The notes: generated by a model not told the origin, from the letters alone. 64,000 nt of DNA from Thermoanaerobaculia bacterium (GCA_963666565.1 OY762911.1:288001-352000), one strand, 5' to 3'. Shown: positions 33,751 to 43,956, numbered from the stretch's first letter. Numbers and translations are program-made.

Positions 33751-36714
33751 CTACGCGGACGACGTACAGGGAAACGCCGTCACGTCGCTCGCCGCGTCGG
33801 CCGTCTGGCCGAGCCGGTTCGTGTGGGTCCAGCGCTCGCCGCTCGGACTCTCGACGACCAGGTTGAACGCCAGGTCGGTGACCGGGGCCACGAACACCCA
33901 GCGATGGCCGTTGACGCCGCAGGCGTCCAGGACCTTGATGAGGACCTCCGCGTTGTTGCGGTCGAAGAAGTACAGCAGGCCCGACTGGGTTGAGTCGAGA
34001 CCCCAGTCCTTGGCGGCGCCGACGCTTCCCTGAGCCGTCTCGTAGCACATACTCACCGTGTGGCCGCCGCTCAGGGTCAGGGCAGGGCCTGAGGGGATGC
34101 AGTCGGTTGCGGCGCCGGCGGCCAGCCGGGTGGCGGAAGCGGCCGCGGTCGACACCGTCGGCGGACCGCCGCCTGGGGCCAGATTGCCGGCGTCGCCGTC
34201 GGCTTCCGCCAGCCGCGCCTTCGCGGCCGCGACCTCGGCCGTTGTGCAGGGGAAGGCGGTCGTGTCGCTTACCGTGCGGGCGGTACGGCCCTTCGGGTTG
34301 CCCGCGAAGCCCGAGATCTGCTCCTGCGCGCGTCGCTTCGAGTCGTAGCGCCACGACTTACTGCGGCCAGAGATGTATGGACCCGGCTCCGTGATACTCA
34401 GCCGGAACGCCAGGTCGGTGACTGGCGCCACGAACACCCAGCGGTGGCCGTTCACGCCGCAGCCGTCGAGCACCTTGACCAAGATCTCCGCGTTGTCCCG
34501 CTCGAAGAAGTAGAGGAGACCGCTTTGGTCCGCCTCGAGCTGGTAGTCCCACATCCGCCGCCGGGCGCCGTCGGGGGTCTCCAGGCAGGCAGAGACCCGG
34601 TAGCCGTCCAAGTCGATTCCCGTGGATCTCCGGTAGCAGTTCGTTCGCTTCCCGGATGCGGTCACCTCCGGGTGAGGTCCCGGCATGAACTCCAGGTGGT
34701 AGGTCTCACTGGCGTTCCAACCCCTGTCGTTGTAAGCCACGACCACGAACGAGTAGCGGCCTCTCATGGCCGAGCCTGCTCCGCTGTAGGTTATCTCCTC
34801 CGCTGCCAGCTCCTCTATCTCCATGTGGCGGGTGCCGGCCGGGAGCGAACCGCCGTAGCGACTCCAGATCTCGTCCGGCTCTCCGCCCGACCACTTGCGG
34901 TGCCAGATCTTGAAGCCGGACTCGTTGGTCGAGTTGTCGCGCCAGTGCAGACGGACGCTGTCGGGGCCGGTCACCCGGGTACCGACGTTGCTCGGCGCGG
35001 CAGGTGCCCCCGCAGACATTCGCGGCGGCTCAAGCTCGAGTACCGGACCACCCCCGGAAGCACCGATGCTCCTCCTCTTGTGACCGATTGCGACTCGGTA
35101 CCCTCCACCAGGCCGTAGCCCACGAACGTCCACCCCCAATACACGCTCGCCGTTCTTGTCTTCCTCTTTCAGCGGCGTGAGCCACGCGCCCTCAACATAA
35201 GCGTCATTCCATCCTTCGGTCGCGCCACTAAAGTGCACGCTCCCCGCAAAGCTACCAGCGTCCCCCCAAGTTACCCTGACTGTGTCGACATCGGCCCACT
35301 CCGCAACCACCGCTCCGCGGCCATCATTTCGCATTCCACCACCGTTGACTCTCACGACAACGGGTATCGTTTCCTGAAACACACGCTCGTTCTCTCGCTC
35401 GCCGGCAACCCCGATCGTCCAGCCGTTCGGCTTGTGGCGCACAGACGAATAGAACGGCTCACCGAAGGAGATGGTCTTGGAATTGTCGTCCGTGCGTGCC
35501 TCGCTACCGAGGCTCATGATCGTCGCTGGGCATAGCAACTGGTCGCCATAGCCTTCGCGTTTGCTGCACGACGTCAGGTCGGTGTGACCGAAGGCGTAAG
35601 GACGAAGATAGTCGGACGGACCCGGGAAAGACGCTGGCGGATCGTGCCCGCCGCCAAGATTGTGACCGATCTCGTGGGCGAAAACGTGCGGCACTGGCAC
35701 AGACCATCCTGTGTAGACGCTGCCATACAGGCCAGTCCTTATCGTAGCCCGGCCGGCAAAGCCGGACACCCCTACGACCGGAACGAAGTGCACGAGATCC
35801 GGAGCATGCCGTGCAACCAAGCGCCTTACGTCTCTACTGCTAACGAATTCGTAATGCCAGCCGTAGTAGGGGGATCGAGTCACGAAGTGACCGCCTTGTG
35901 TGGAGGGGTGGTTTCGCAGCTCCGGATCCCAACGCACAGCAGTCAGGTTCGCCGTCGCCGGAAGAGCTCCGTTGCGAAACACCATACTCAGATAGTCGCC
36001 GAGCTGCCGGACGCCCACCGCCGGCCCGCCGATCACCCGCCAGTAGCGCTCCGTCCCCTCGGGATACAGCACGAGGATGTCGATGCGGTCGCCGCTCGAC
36101 TCCGAGGCCACGGACGAGGGGCGATCCAGCGTTGCGGCCGCGTCCTGCACCAGGTGGCGAGCCGGCCCGGCCTCGACCCCGCACCAGTCGCCGACGGGCC
36201 CGACTTCCTCGGACAGCGAGCCGCGGCCGTCCGGTCCCGCGTACACCACGTACTTCGGCCCGCCCGGCTCGCCGAACCAGCCCACGAGGTGCCCGTCCTG
36301 CACCGTGAACAGCACGCTCTCGTAGCCGGCGCCCGGCACCTCGCCGCTCCACATCAGGTTGCCGCCGCCCCGGTCCTCGAACACCGCGTTCTCCGCCTCG
36401 ATCGTCAAACCGTCCGGCAGCGGCAGTTCCAGGAAGCCCATGCCAAGACGCAGGTAGTCGTACGTCACCTGGATCTCCACCGACACCCGAGGCAACGCCT
36501 CGCCGACCGGCCCACCAGCGCCGGGCGCCACCCTGGCGCCCTCCATCATCACCGCCGGACCGTCCGGCGCGCGGGTCACATCGCCCACGCTCCACAGCCG
36601 CTGCGCGTTCGCCCCTGCGGACGCGACCGCCTAGGCGAAGATGAACGCCACGATCGCCGTCGTCCAACGCAGACGCCCTTCTCTGCCCTGCGTTCGTTGC
36701 TGCTCTTCACTCAT
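33751..36714 (-). pseudogene. Secreted metzincin (reprolysin/M12-like) protease with FN3 and two Cys-rich C-terminal domains; in-frame TAG in signal peptide
   Basis: AGGAGG RBS + ATG 36714, TAG at 36631-36633, then open 945 aa; HEIGHNLGGGH + TIMS Met-turn; LHWRDNSTNESGF FN3. Confidence 0.8.
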
Positions 36715-36760
36715 CGACTCGCTCCTCCTACGACCTAGCCGGCTTGCAAGCCGTACTCCT

Positions 36761-38131
36761 TCAGGGTCCGTCCGGATTCCTGATACGCCATACAATCTGG
36801 TCACGATGACGGTTCATGTGCTCGTCGACTCTCTCGAAGCTCCTTCTGAGCTCCTCCCTCAAGCGACGCTCCTGCGCCTCCAACTCATCGCTCCTTGCGA
36901 GAACATCCAGCCGGTTAAGCAAGCGCTTCACGCCCTCGCCTTCTGGACGATCCAGCTCTCTCCTCTCTTGGTCAACGCAGGCTTCACCGCCTGCGTGACA
37001 GACCAAGAGGGCGCGGTCCATGACCAATACGCGTCCAGACTGCACATGCCTCGCCCCAACTAAGCCCGAACCGGCTGCGGCTACCACTGTCTCCCGATCC
37101 ACCGACCAATCGGCGGGCCCCCCCCTTTCGCACCTGCCAAGATAGCGTTCGCCGCTCTCCGGCTCCGCCAAACCCCAGTCACAAACCTGTAGAAACGTCG
37201 CCGTTCGAGACGTAGTGCCAACCAAGTACACGTCCCGAAGCACCGTGCCGTCCATGACCGTCGCTACTTCGATCTCTTCGGGACTCATCCGGAAAAACTC
37301 GCCTTGCCTCCCCTTCCCAAGAAACCAGCCCGACAGGCTCGAACCAGCCGTCAACAACAGGAGCGCGCCCGCCGCTACACGAAAGGGGTGGCGGAGGATC
37401 CACCAATGCGTCCTGTATGACCATTCGTGCGACGGATTCTGGAACTTCCGGACAAGCCATAGGATCGCCTCCGCGACAGCCAGAAACGCCACAAACAGAT
37501 AGAGGCCTCGAACTCCCTCGTCAAGGAAGTCCTCGAGCGTGACGAAGCGAAAAACGCTACCCTCGATCGCCGCACGATAGAAGGTCTCCGTGAACGCCGC
37601 CCCAAGGAAGACCAGTAGCCCCGAAAACAGAGTTGCTACCTGCACCCGACCCAACTCCGCGACTCTGAGAAACGCATGGATGAGCAACACGTCGGGGATC
37701 TTCTTCCCGACGCTCTCGCGAACAGCACGCCAGCAGCTTTCTCCGTTCTTGACGATGTCCTCCACTCTGCTACTTGTCTCTTCGTCCCCCAACGCTCTCC
37801 TTATGGGATTGACCAACTCTGCGTAGGTGTCTTCGCTCATCTTGAGTCTGGCAGCTTTGTCGAGAGTCCTCATGACTTCTTCGAGTGCGCGGACTTGTGA
37901 GTCGCACACTTGGTGGATTTCAATTAGTTCACGCCAGGACCTCCACCATTTCTTGCTGTCTAGACCCTTCGAGAGCCCCGCTGCCTCGCTACGTTTCTCT
38001 CTGGCGCAACTCTTCGGACGGAGGATCCGACTGAGGTCAGCAGCGATAAGCACCAACTTTTTTTGTCGCCATCGTCGCCACTGTTGGACCCAGCGGCGCA
38101 CGCGCTTACGAAGGACACGTATTGCCAGCAT
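36761..38131 (-). CDS. Hypothetical membrane protein, lower GC
   Basis: 456-aa ORF with ~3-4 hydrophobic segments and C-terminal coiled coil; atypical codon usage. Confidence 0.6.
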   Translation of the reverse strand: MLAIRVLRKRVRRWVQQWRRWRQKKLVLIAADLSRILRPKSCAREKRSEAAGLSKGLDSKKWWRSWRELIEIHQVCDSQVRALEEVMRTLDKAARLKMSEDTYAELVNPIRRALGDEETSSRVEDIVKNGESCWRAVRESVGKKIPDVLLIHAFLRVAELGRVQVATLFSGLLVFLGAAFTETFYRAAIEGSVFRFVTLEDFLDEGVRGLYLFVAFLAVAEAILWLVRKFQNPSHEWSYRTHWWILRHPFRVAAGALLLLTAGSSLSGWFLGKGRQGEFFRMSPEEIEVATVMDGTVLRDVYLVGTTSRTATFLQVCDWGLAEPESGERYLGRCERGGPADWSVDRETVVAAAGSGLVGARHVQSGRVLVMDRALLVCHAGGEACVDQERRELDRPEGEGVKRLLNRLDVLARSDELEAQERRLREELRRSFERVDEHMNRHRDQIVWRIRNPDGP

Positions 38132-38294
38132 CCGCTAGCTTCTGTACTTGGCTAGGGCAGTGAACGGCAGGTAGAGGGCGATCTTCACGTCAATCATTCG
38201 GGAGCAAGAGCTTGCGTCGGGCACCCAAGCAGCAATCGTGCCCGCGGCTTTTCTCCTCTCGGTCTTGCGCTCCGCACCATCACTTCACGGAAGC

Positions 38295-38432
38295 TCATGC
38301 GGTTTCGAGTGTATGGGAGCGCCACATCAAGGGCCCGGACAGAATGACCGTGGCGACGATGGAGAGAAACTGGAGCATAGCGGCCTCGTGGCCAAGTGCT
38401 GCTTGGTGAGGAGAACTGGTGCGGATCTTCAT
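38295..38432 (-). pseudogene. Truncated remnant (signal peptide only) of a third protease paralog
   Basis: MKIRTSSPHQAALGHEAAMLQFLSIVATVILSGPL aligns to the paralog N-termini; same ATGA overlap. Confidence 0.6.
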
Positions 38433-39775
38433 CGGCCGCACGCGAACGCCGTCAAGTCGGATCTCGTCGACGCCGTGGCGGCGAGCGGGTTCCGGTACGT
38501 CCACCGGCCGCCGTCGATGTCGTCTATGTGCAGGTTGAACGCCAGGTCGGTGACTGGCGCCACGTACACCCAGTGGTGGCCGTTCACGCCGCAGGCGTCC
38601 AGCGCCTTGACCAGAACCTCCGCGTTGCCGCGGTCGAAGAACCACAAGAGGCCGGACTCGCCGTACGAGAAGAGTCCCCCGTTGCCGTCGCCGACCTGCC
38701 CGTCGGAGGTCTCCCAGCACATGCTGACCCTGTAGCCGTCGCGGTACTCGCCGTGCGAGCCGTAGCGGTTCAGCCCCAGCGTGAGGGGAGAACTTCCGGG
38801 AACGCAGTCCGTGAACGCGCCCGGCCGGAGAGGCGGTCGCTGGATCGGACCAACTTTGGACTCACGGTACCTGCTGACGGCGACGATGCTGTACTGCAAC
38901 GCCGCCGACGCTTCGTGGACGCCCGGTTTCCCGACGACAAGACCGTGAAACCGCTCCGACGACGTGCTGAACCTGGGCAGCCAGTTCGCCCCCATGACCG
39001 TGCCGTACGCCTCGGGCTTCTGCGGGATGTTGACGAAGGAGCCGCTCGAGTAGCCCACGGCGCCTCTCCGGAAACCTCCGTTCGGGTCGCCGCCGAATTC
39101 GGGGCTGTGCTGAATGCCCAGGTTGTGGCCGACCTCGTGGCGGAGAATGGTCCGCCACGCGAGGGGATTCACGAAGTTGTTCACCGAGCCGTAGAAGCAC
39201 GATTCCGCGTCGAACCCGGCCTCGGAGCCCGGTTGGCACGCAACGCCGGCGACGCCGGATCGGTCGTCGACCAGTGCGTACACGAGGTCCGCTCCGAGGG
39301 CGTTCCGGCGCTGGATCGCGTGGGCGTCCTGCACGATCATGCGGTGCGCGACGTCCTGATCGTCGGGCATTCCCGGCAGTTGCTCGATTCCGACGATGCG
39401 GAACGTCGCGTTCACCTTGCTGTTCGCCAACGCCGCGTTCAACAAGCTCACCGACTGCCATATCTCGTGAGTCATCGAAGCCCCGAAGTAGGCGAACTCG
39501 TCCTCGAAGCCGTCCGTGTAGAAGAACAGGATGTCGATGAAGTAGGTCCTGTTCGGATCGGCGCGGTCCATCGCTGCGCCCCTTGAGACGCCGATGGCCG
39601 GACCGCCCGCAGTGGCGGGAGCTTCCTCGACCCGGCAGAACCAGGGATCGGCCGGACCCTGGCCAGCCACGGGCACGGACAAGAGAACCGCTGCGACGAC
39701 GACTGCGACACGTTGGAGCATGACGAACCTCTTGGTCAAGGCCTGCTCGGCAAGGGAAACTGGAACCACCTTCAT
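38429..39775 (-). CDS. Secreted metzincin protease with Cys-rich C-terminal domain (paralog 2)
   Basis: Signal peptide ...VPVAGQ, HEVGHNLGIQH, YGTVMG Met-turn. Confidence 0.85.
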   Translation of the reverse strand: MKVVPVSLAEQALTKRFVMLQRVAVVVAAVLLSVPVAGQGPADPWFCRVEEAPATAGGPAIGVSRGAAMDRADPNRTYFIDILFFYTDGFEDEFAYFGASMTHEIWQSVSLLNAALANSKVNATFRIVGIEQLPGMPDDQDVAHRMIVQDAHAIQRRNALGADLVYALVDDRSGVAGVACQPGSEAGFDAESCFYGSVNNFVNPLAWRTILRHEVGHNLGIQHSPEFGGDPNGGFRRGAVGYSSGSFVNIPQKPEAYGTVMGANWLPRFSTSSERFHGLVVGKPGVHEASAALQYSIVAVSRYRESKVGPIQRPPLRPGAFTDCVPGSSPLTLGLNRYGSHGEYRDGYRVSMCWETSDGQVGDGNGGLFSYGESGLLWFFDRGNAEVLVKALDACGVNGHHWVYVAPVTDLAFNLHIDDIDGGRWTYRNPLAATASTRSDLTAFACGR

Positions 39776-41121
39776 CGGCCGCACGCAAACGCCTCCAGGT
39801 CGGACCTCGTCGAGGCGATGGCGCCGAGCCGGTTCCGGTACGTCCACCGGGTGCCGTCGAGGCCATCGATGTGCAAGTTGAAGGCCAAGTCGGTGACCGG
39901 CGCGACGTACACCCAGTGATGCCGGTTCACGCCACAGCCGTTCAGCACCTTGACGAGAACTTCCGCGTTTCCTCGGTCGAAGAACCACAACAGGCCGGAC
40001 TCGCCGTACGAGAAGAGCCCTCCGTTGCCGGCACCGACCTTGCCGTCGTACGTCTCGTAGCACATGCTGACGCGGTAGCCTTCTCGATAATTCAAGTACG
40101 GCCAGCGGCGGATGCCCAGGGTCAGGGGCGTACTTTCGGGGACGCAGTCCGTGTACTGACCCGGCTGGAGAGACGGTCGCTCCGTCGAACCGCTCACGGA
40201 CTCCCGGTAGTTGCTCACGGCAACGACGCTGTACTGCAACGCCGTCGAGGCTTCGTGAACACCCGGTTCTCCGACAACGAGACCGTGGTACCGCTCGGAC
40301 GATGTGGAGAACCTCGGCAGCTCGTTACCTCCCATGGTGCTTCCGTACCACTCGGGGCTGTTCGTCGGGTAGGGACTCGAGTAGCCCACGGCGCCTCGCC
40401 GAAAGCCCCCTTCCGGATCGCCGCCGAATCTAGGGCTGTGCTGAATGCCCAGATTGTGACCGACCTCGTGGCGAAGCACCGTCCTCCAGACCGAGTCGCA
40501 CCCAAAGCCCCCGCCGCCGCAGAAGTTGTTCACCGAACCATAGAAGCAACCGCCGTTGTTGAACGATGCCTCCGAGCCCGGTTGACAGGCGACACCAAGG
40601 TAACCGGCCCGATCGTCAACCAGGGCGTACACCAAATCTGCCCCGAGCGCGTTCCGGCGCGCGATCGCACGCTCGTCCTGCCGGATCATCTCGAGCGCAA
40701 CATCCTGATCGTCGGGCATTCCCGGCAGTTGCTCGACTCCGGCGATACGCGCCGTTGCGTTGACCTTGCTGTTCGCCAGTGCCGCGTTCAGCATGCTGAC
40801 GGATTGCCATATCTCATGGGACATCGAATCTCCCCGCCGAACGAAGTCGTCCGCGAAGCCGTCCGTGTAGAAGAACAGGATGTCGATGAAGTACATCCTG
40901 TTCGGATCGGCGCGCTCCATCGCGGCCTGCCTCGAGACACCGATGGCGGATTCCCCCGCGATCGCGGGCGCTTCCTCGACCCGGCAGAACCGGGGGTCGT
41001 CCGGACCCTGACCGGCCAGGGGCACGGACAGAAGCGTGGCGGCGACAACCGAGGCGGAGCATCGGAGCACGACGGACCTCCTGGTCAATGCGTGCGTGGC
41101 GAGGAGAGCAGGGCTTCTCAT
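39772..41121 (-). CDS. Secreted metzincin protease with Cys-rich C-terminal domain (paralog 1)
   Basis: Signal peptide ...VPLAGQ, HEVGHNLGIQH, YGSTMG. Confidence 0.85.
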   Translation of the reverse strand: MRSPALLATHALTRRSVVLRCSASVVAATLLSVPLAGQGPDDPRFCRVEEAPAIAGESAIGVSRQAAMERADPNRMYFIDILFFYTDGFADDFVRRGDSMSHEIWQSVSMLNAALANSKVNATARIAGVEQLPGMPDDQDVALEMIRQDERAIARRNALGADLVYALVDDRAGYLGVACQPGSEASFNNGGCFYGSVNNFCGGGGFGCDSVWRTVLRHEVGHNLGIQHSPRFGGDPEGGFRRGAVGYSSPYPTNSPEWYGSTMGGNELPRFSTSSERYHGLVVGEPGVHEASTALQYSVVAVSNYRESVSGSTERPSLQPGQYTDCVPESTPLTLGIRRWPYLNYREGYRVSMCYETYDGKVGAGNGGLFSYGESGLLWFFDRGNAEVLVKVLNGCGVNRHHWVYVAPVTDLAFNLHIDGLDGTRWTYRNRLGAIASTRSDLEAFACGR

Positions 41122-41137
41122 TTCCGGCCGGCGTCCA

Positions 41138-41971
41138 CTACGGATGACATGGAAACGCCGCCACGTCGTTGATCAACGGGTTCGTGCTGTTGCGGTGGTA
41201 GGGCAGCCTCACGCCGGTGGCGTTGTCGGTGACCAGGACGGAGTAGTCGAGATGCGCGGGCGCGGCGCCGGCCGAGGACAAACGGCCCTCCCCGAGGAGC
41301 TTGGCCGCCCTGGTTGACGACTCGCCGGCCCGGAACGCCCCGGCGGTCGCGCCCGCCGGAACCGGGCAGGGGAACGACACGACGTCCCCGATCAGGGGGT
41401 TCGACCGGTTGCGGCGGTACACTCTCTCCCGGCCGGTCGCCATGTCCGTCACGTTGACCGAATAGTTCAGGTCCGTACCGGCCGAGCCGAAGACCCAGTA
41501 CCGGTCGTTGATGGCGCAGCCGTCCAGGACCTTCACCATCAGCTCGGGGTTGTCGAAGGTGAAGAAGTAGAAGAGCGAAGCCGCGTCGCCCACGAGGGCT
41601 TGCCTGATACGGGCCTGCTTGGTCTTGTACTCGCCATCTGCCGAATCCGTATAGGACACGGTCGCCTTGACCTTGATCCTGCCGTCCTGCAGGCACGATA
41701 CATAGGCATTCTCCAGGCATCCGTAGTCCTCCGCCCCCGCCAAGGCCGGCAGCGCCGGCAGGAGCGCCGTCAGCAGGCGCGCAGCCCGGAGCGCACGCCG
41801 CCCGGCACCGGCGCGGCTGCGCCAAGGCGCCGCGGAGGCCCCACGCAGCCACGACCGCCAGCGGCGGGCGGCGCGGGATCTGACTATCCGGCTGTACGAT
41901 TCGGGGGGGGTAACCGAGCGGAAGTCGGCGAGCACCGATTCGGTACCGTGCACCCTGTCGCCAAGCCGCAT
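41138..41971 (-). CDS. Exported protein made only of the Cys-rich domain plus a duplicated terminal motif
   Basis: SLFYFFTFDNPELMVKVLDGCAINDRYWVF; two ...YSV.VTD.ATG...NPLI.DV..FPC motifs; start uncertain. Confidence 0.7.
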   Translation of the reverse strand: MRLGDRVHGTESVLADFRSVTPPESYSRIVRSRAARRWRSWLRGASAAPWRSRAGAGRRALRAARLLTALLPALPALAGAEDYGCLENAYVSCLQDGRIKVKATVSYTDSADGEYKTKQARIRQALVGDAASLFYFFTFDNPELMVKVLDGCAINDRYWVFGSAGTDLNYSVNVTDMATGRERVYRRNRSNPLIGDVVSFPCPVPAGATAGAFRAGESSTRAAKLLGEGRLSSAGAAPAHLDYSVLVTDNATGVRLPYHRNSTNPLINDVAAFPCHP

Positions 41972-42008
41972 CCTGCCGGTCTCCCCTGCCTGTCGTTCGG
42001 AAGTCACG

Positions 42009-42038
42009 AATCTAGCGCGCATCGCGCGGGAATGTCAA
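42009..42038 (-). promoter_or_regulatory. Sigma70-type promoter of protease operon (TTGACA-N18-TAGATT)
   Basis: Same hexamers and spacing as the HU promoter. Confidence 0.65.
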
Positions 42039-42088
42039 CGCTTTGGTGGCGGTGCAAGACCTGCTCGCGAGCCACGGCGCGCCCGGAT

Positions 42089-42212
42089 GCGGGTCGGAAG
42101 ACCCGCGCACCCAGCGGGCGGGTCGGAAGTCCCGCGCACCCAGCGGGCGGGTCGGAAAGACCCGCGCACCCAGGGCAGGTCAGGAAGACCCGCGCACCGA
42201 CCCGCGCACCCA
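42089..42212. repeat. Head-to-tail tandem of ~29-bp repeat arms (3 near-complete plus degenerate copies)
   Basis: GCGGGTCGGAAGACCCGCGCACCCAGCGG-like units at 42089, 42118, 42147. Confidence 0.9.
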
Positions 42213-42218
42213 AGGGGT

Positions 42219-43835
42219 TCAGGCGCCCCAGACGGTCACGGGCCAGCCGCCGAGGGACTCCTCGCGACGGTAGAGCTTCTCCTCCCACGGCTTCGACTCG
42301 TCCCGGTCGAAGATCACCAGGTGGCCCGACTCGGCGCCGCACTTGTCCGTGTAGGCCAAGGTCTGCTCCAGGCCTTCGCGGATCGTCGCCTCCAGGCTGC
42401 CGCGGAGGATCTTGCACTCCACGACGTAGCGGCACGCCGGCACGCCGGGCTCGGCGGCGCCGGCGAAGCGGCCCGGCGGCCACACGATCAGCAGGTCCGT
42501 CCGGCGGCTGCCCAGCGCGTACTCCCGCTCGATCCGCCCGCCGCCGTTGACGATCCGCTGCAGGAACGTCTGCAGAATCAACTGCGAACCCGCCTCCTTG
42601 TACTGGAACCGCTCCAGCCAGTGCTCCGAGTGCTCCCGGAAGAAGCGCTGGAACGCCGCCAACAGGCCCTCCACGTCCAGGTCGCCGTCCGGCTTCACGT
42701 ACCACTCCGTCTCCTGGAGGATCTCGTCCTCGCGGGCGTACATGAGCTCCCGCGGGATCACTTCCCGGTAGATGGGATTGGCGATCCGGCGCGGGCGGCG
42801 CCGCGCCAGCAGGCCCAAGTCCCGGACGTACTCCACGTCGTTCGAACTGGCCATGTCCGCGCCACTCGTCGCCCCGCCGCTCAGGACCGGTTCGACGACG
42901 CGCCGCACCCGCTCCTCCTGGAGCTTGTCCGCCAACTGGTGCAGATGGGTCTGGCGGCTGAGGATCAGCTCCTCGCGCGCCTCCATGATCTCTTCCTCGT
43001 CGATCGTCCGGGAGCGGTCCCGGTTCGCCTTGTTCTCGAAGCAGGCCTCGTTGGCCAGCGCGTTCACCAGCCACGGCTGGCCCCGGGACTGGTTCCACAC
43101 CGCGGCGACCGCGCCCTCGGTGAACTCCTGTTCCGTCTCCTCCGCGTGCTGGCCGAGCAGCGCGCGCACGTCCGCCTCGTCGAAGTCGCCCAGCCGCAGC
43201 GACTTCGCCTTGATGTTGAAGGCGCTGCCGCCGGCGATGATCTCGCCCGCCGACTCCGAGTGGATGCGATAGTCCCGCACGTCGCGGATGCCGCACAGGA
43301 TGACGCTCTGGGGAAACGCGGCCGGGCGGTTCGCGTACCCGGCCCGCAACTGGCGAAGCACGGAGATCAGCGTGTCGCCCACCAGGGCGTCGATCTCGTC
43401 GATCATCAACACCAGCGGCCTTGGGTCGTTCAGGGACCATCGCCCCAGCGCCTGCCGCAATGCACCGTGCGGGCCGGCGCGCGACAGCGCCTGCTCCCAC
43501 GTTCCGTCCAGAAAGTCGTCGCCCAGAGTTATGAGCGCCTCCTCCGACAGGCCCGCCAGCACGGCTCGCATTCCCGCGCCGACGTCCCCGCGCGCCGTCT
43601 GCCCGGTCTCGACGTTGGCGTAGACGCACCGGTAGTCGTCGCCCGCGTTCAGGAGGTCGCGCAGCGCCAGCAGCGCCGAGGTCTTCCCCGTCTGCCGCGG
43701 CGCGTGCAGCACGAAGTAGCGCTCGTCCCGGATGAGGCGCAGGACCTCGTCGAGGTCGAACCGCTCGAGCGGCGGGATGCTGTAGTGCTTGGCCGGAACT
43801 ACCGGCCCGGAAGTGTTGAAGAAGCGCTCGGCCAT
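42219..43835 (-). CDS. AAA-like ATPase with C-terminal PD-(D/E)XK nuclease-like domain
   Basis: FFNTSGP, APRQTGKTS Walker A, LMIDEID Walker B, EREY...RTDLLI...VECK. Confidence 0.82.
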   Translation of the reverse strand: MAERFFNTSGPVVPAKHYSIPPLERFDLDEVLRLIRDERYFVLHAPRQTGKTSALLALRDLLNAGDDYRCVYANVETGQTARGDVGAGMRAVLAGLSEEALITLGDDFLDGTWEQALSRAGPHGALRQALGRWSLNDPRPLVLMIDEIDALVGDTLISVLRQLRAGYANRPAAFPQSVILCGIRDVRDYRIHSESAGEIIAGGSAFNIKAKSLRLGDFDEADVRALLGQHAEETEQEFTEGAVAAVWNQSRGQPWLVNALANEACFENKANRDRSRTIDEEEIMEAREELILSRQTHLHQLADKLQEERVRRVVEPVLSGGATSGADMASSNDVEYVRDLGLLARRRPRRIANPIYREVIPRELMYAREDEILQETEWYVKPDGDLDVEGLLAAFQRFFREHSEHWLERFQYKEAGSQLILQTFLQRIVNGGGRIEREYALGSRRTDLLIVWPPGRFAGAAEPGVPACRYVVECKILRGSLEATIREGLEQTLAYTDKCGAESGHLVIFDRDESKPWEEKLYRREESLGGWPVTVWGA

Positions 43836-43927
43836 CGTGCCGCCCTCGCCGTTCGGCGATGCCTGGCGTCATCGTACCGCGCAGTCCGGCGCGAACTCCC
43901 CGGCGCTTTGCGGCTTCACCCCGGAGA

Positions 43928-43956
43928 GCGGGTCAGAAGACCCGCGCACCCAGCGG
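43928..43956. repeat. Single repeat arm
   Basis: GCGGGTCAGAAGACCCGCGCACCCAGCGG. Confidence 0.85.

Noticed and set aside
36631-36633. Pyrrolysine or recoded TAG
   Set aside because: TAG is used as a normal stop by many genes here (purB, HU, clpX), no pyl genes are seen, and a signal peptide is an unlikely site
42089-42212. CRISPR array
   Set aside because: The 29-bp units are contiguous with no unique spacers, match the dispersed REP arm, and no cas genes are present
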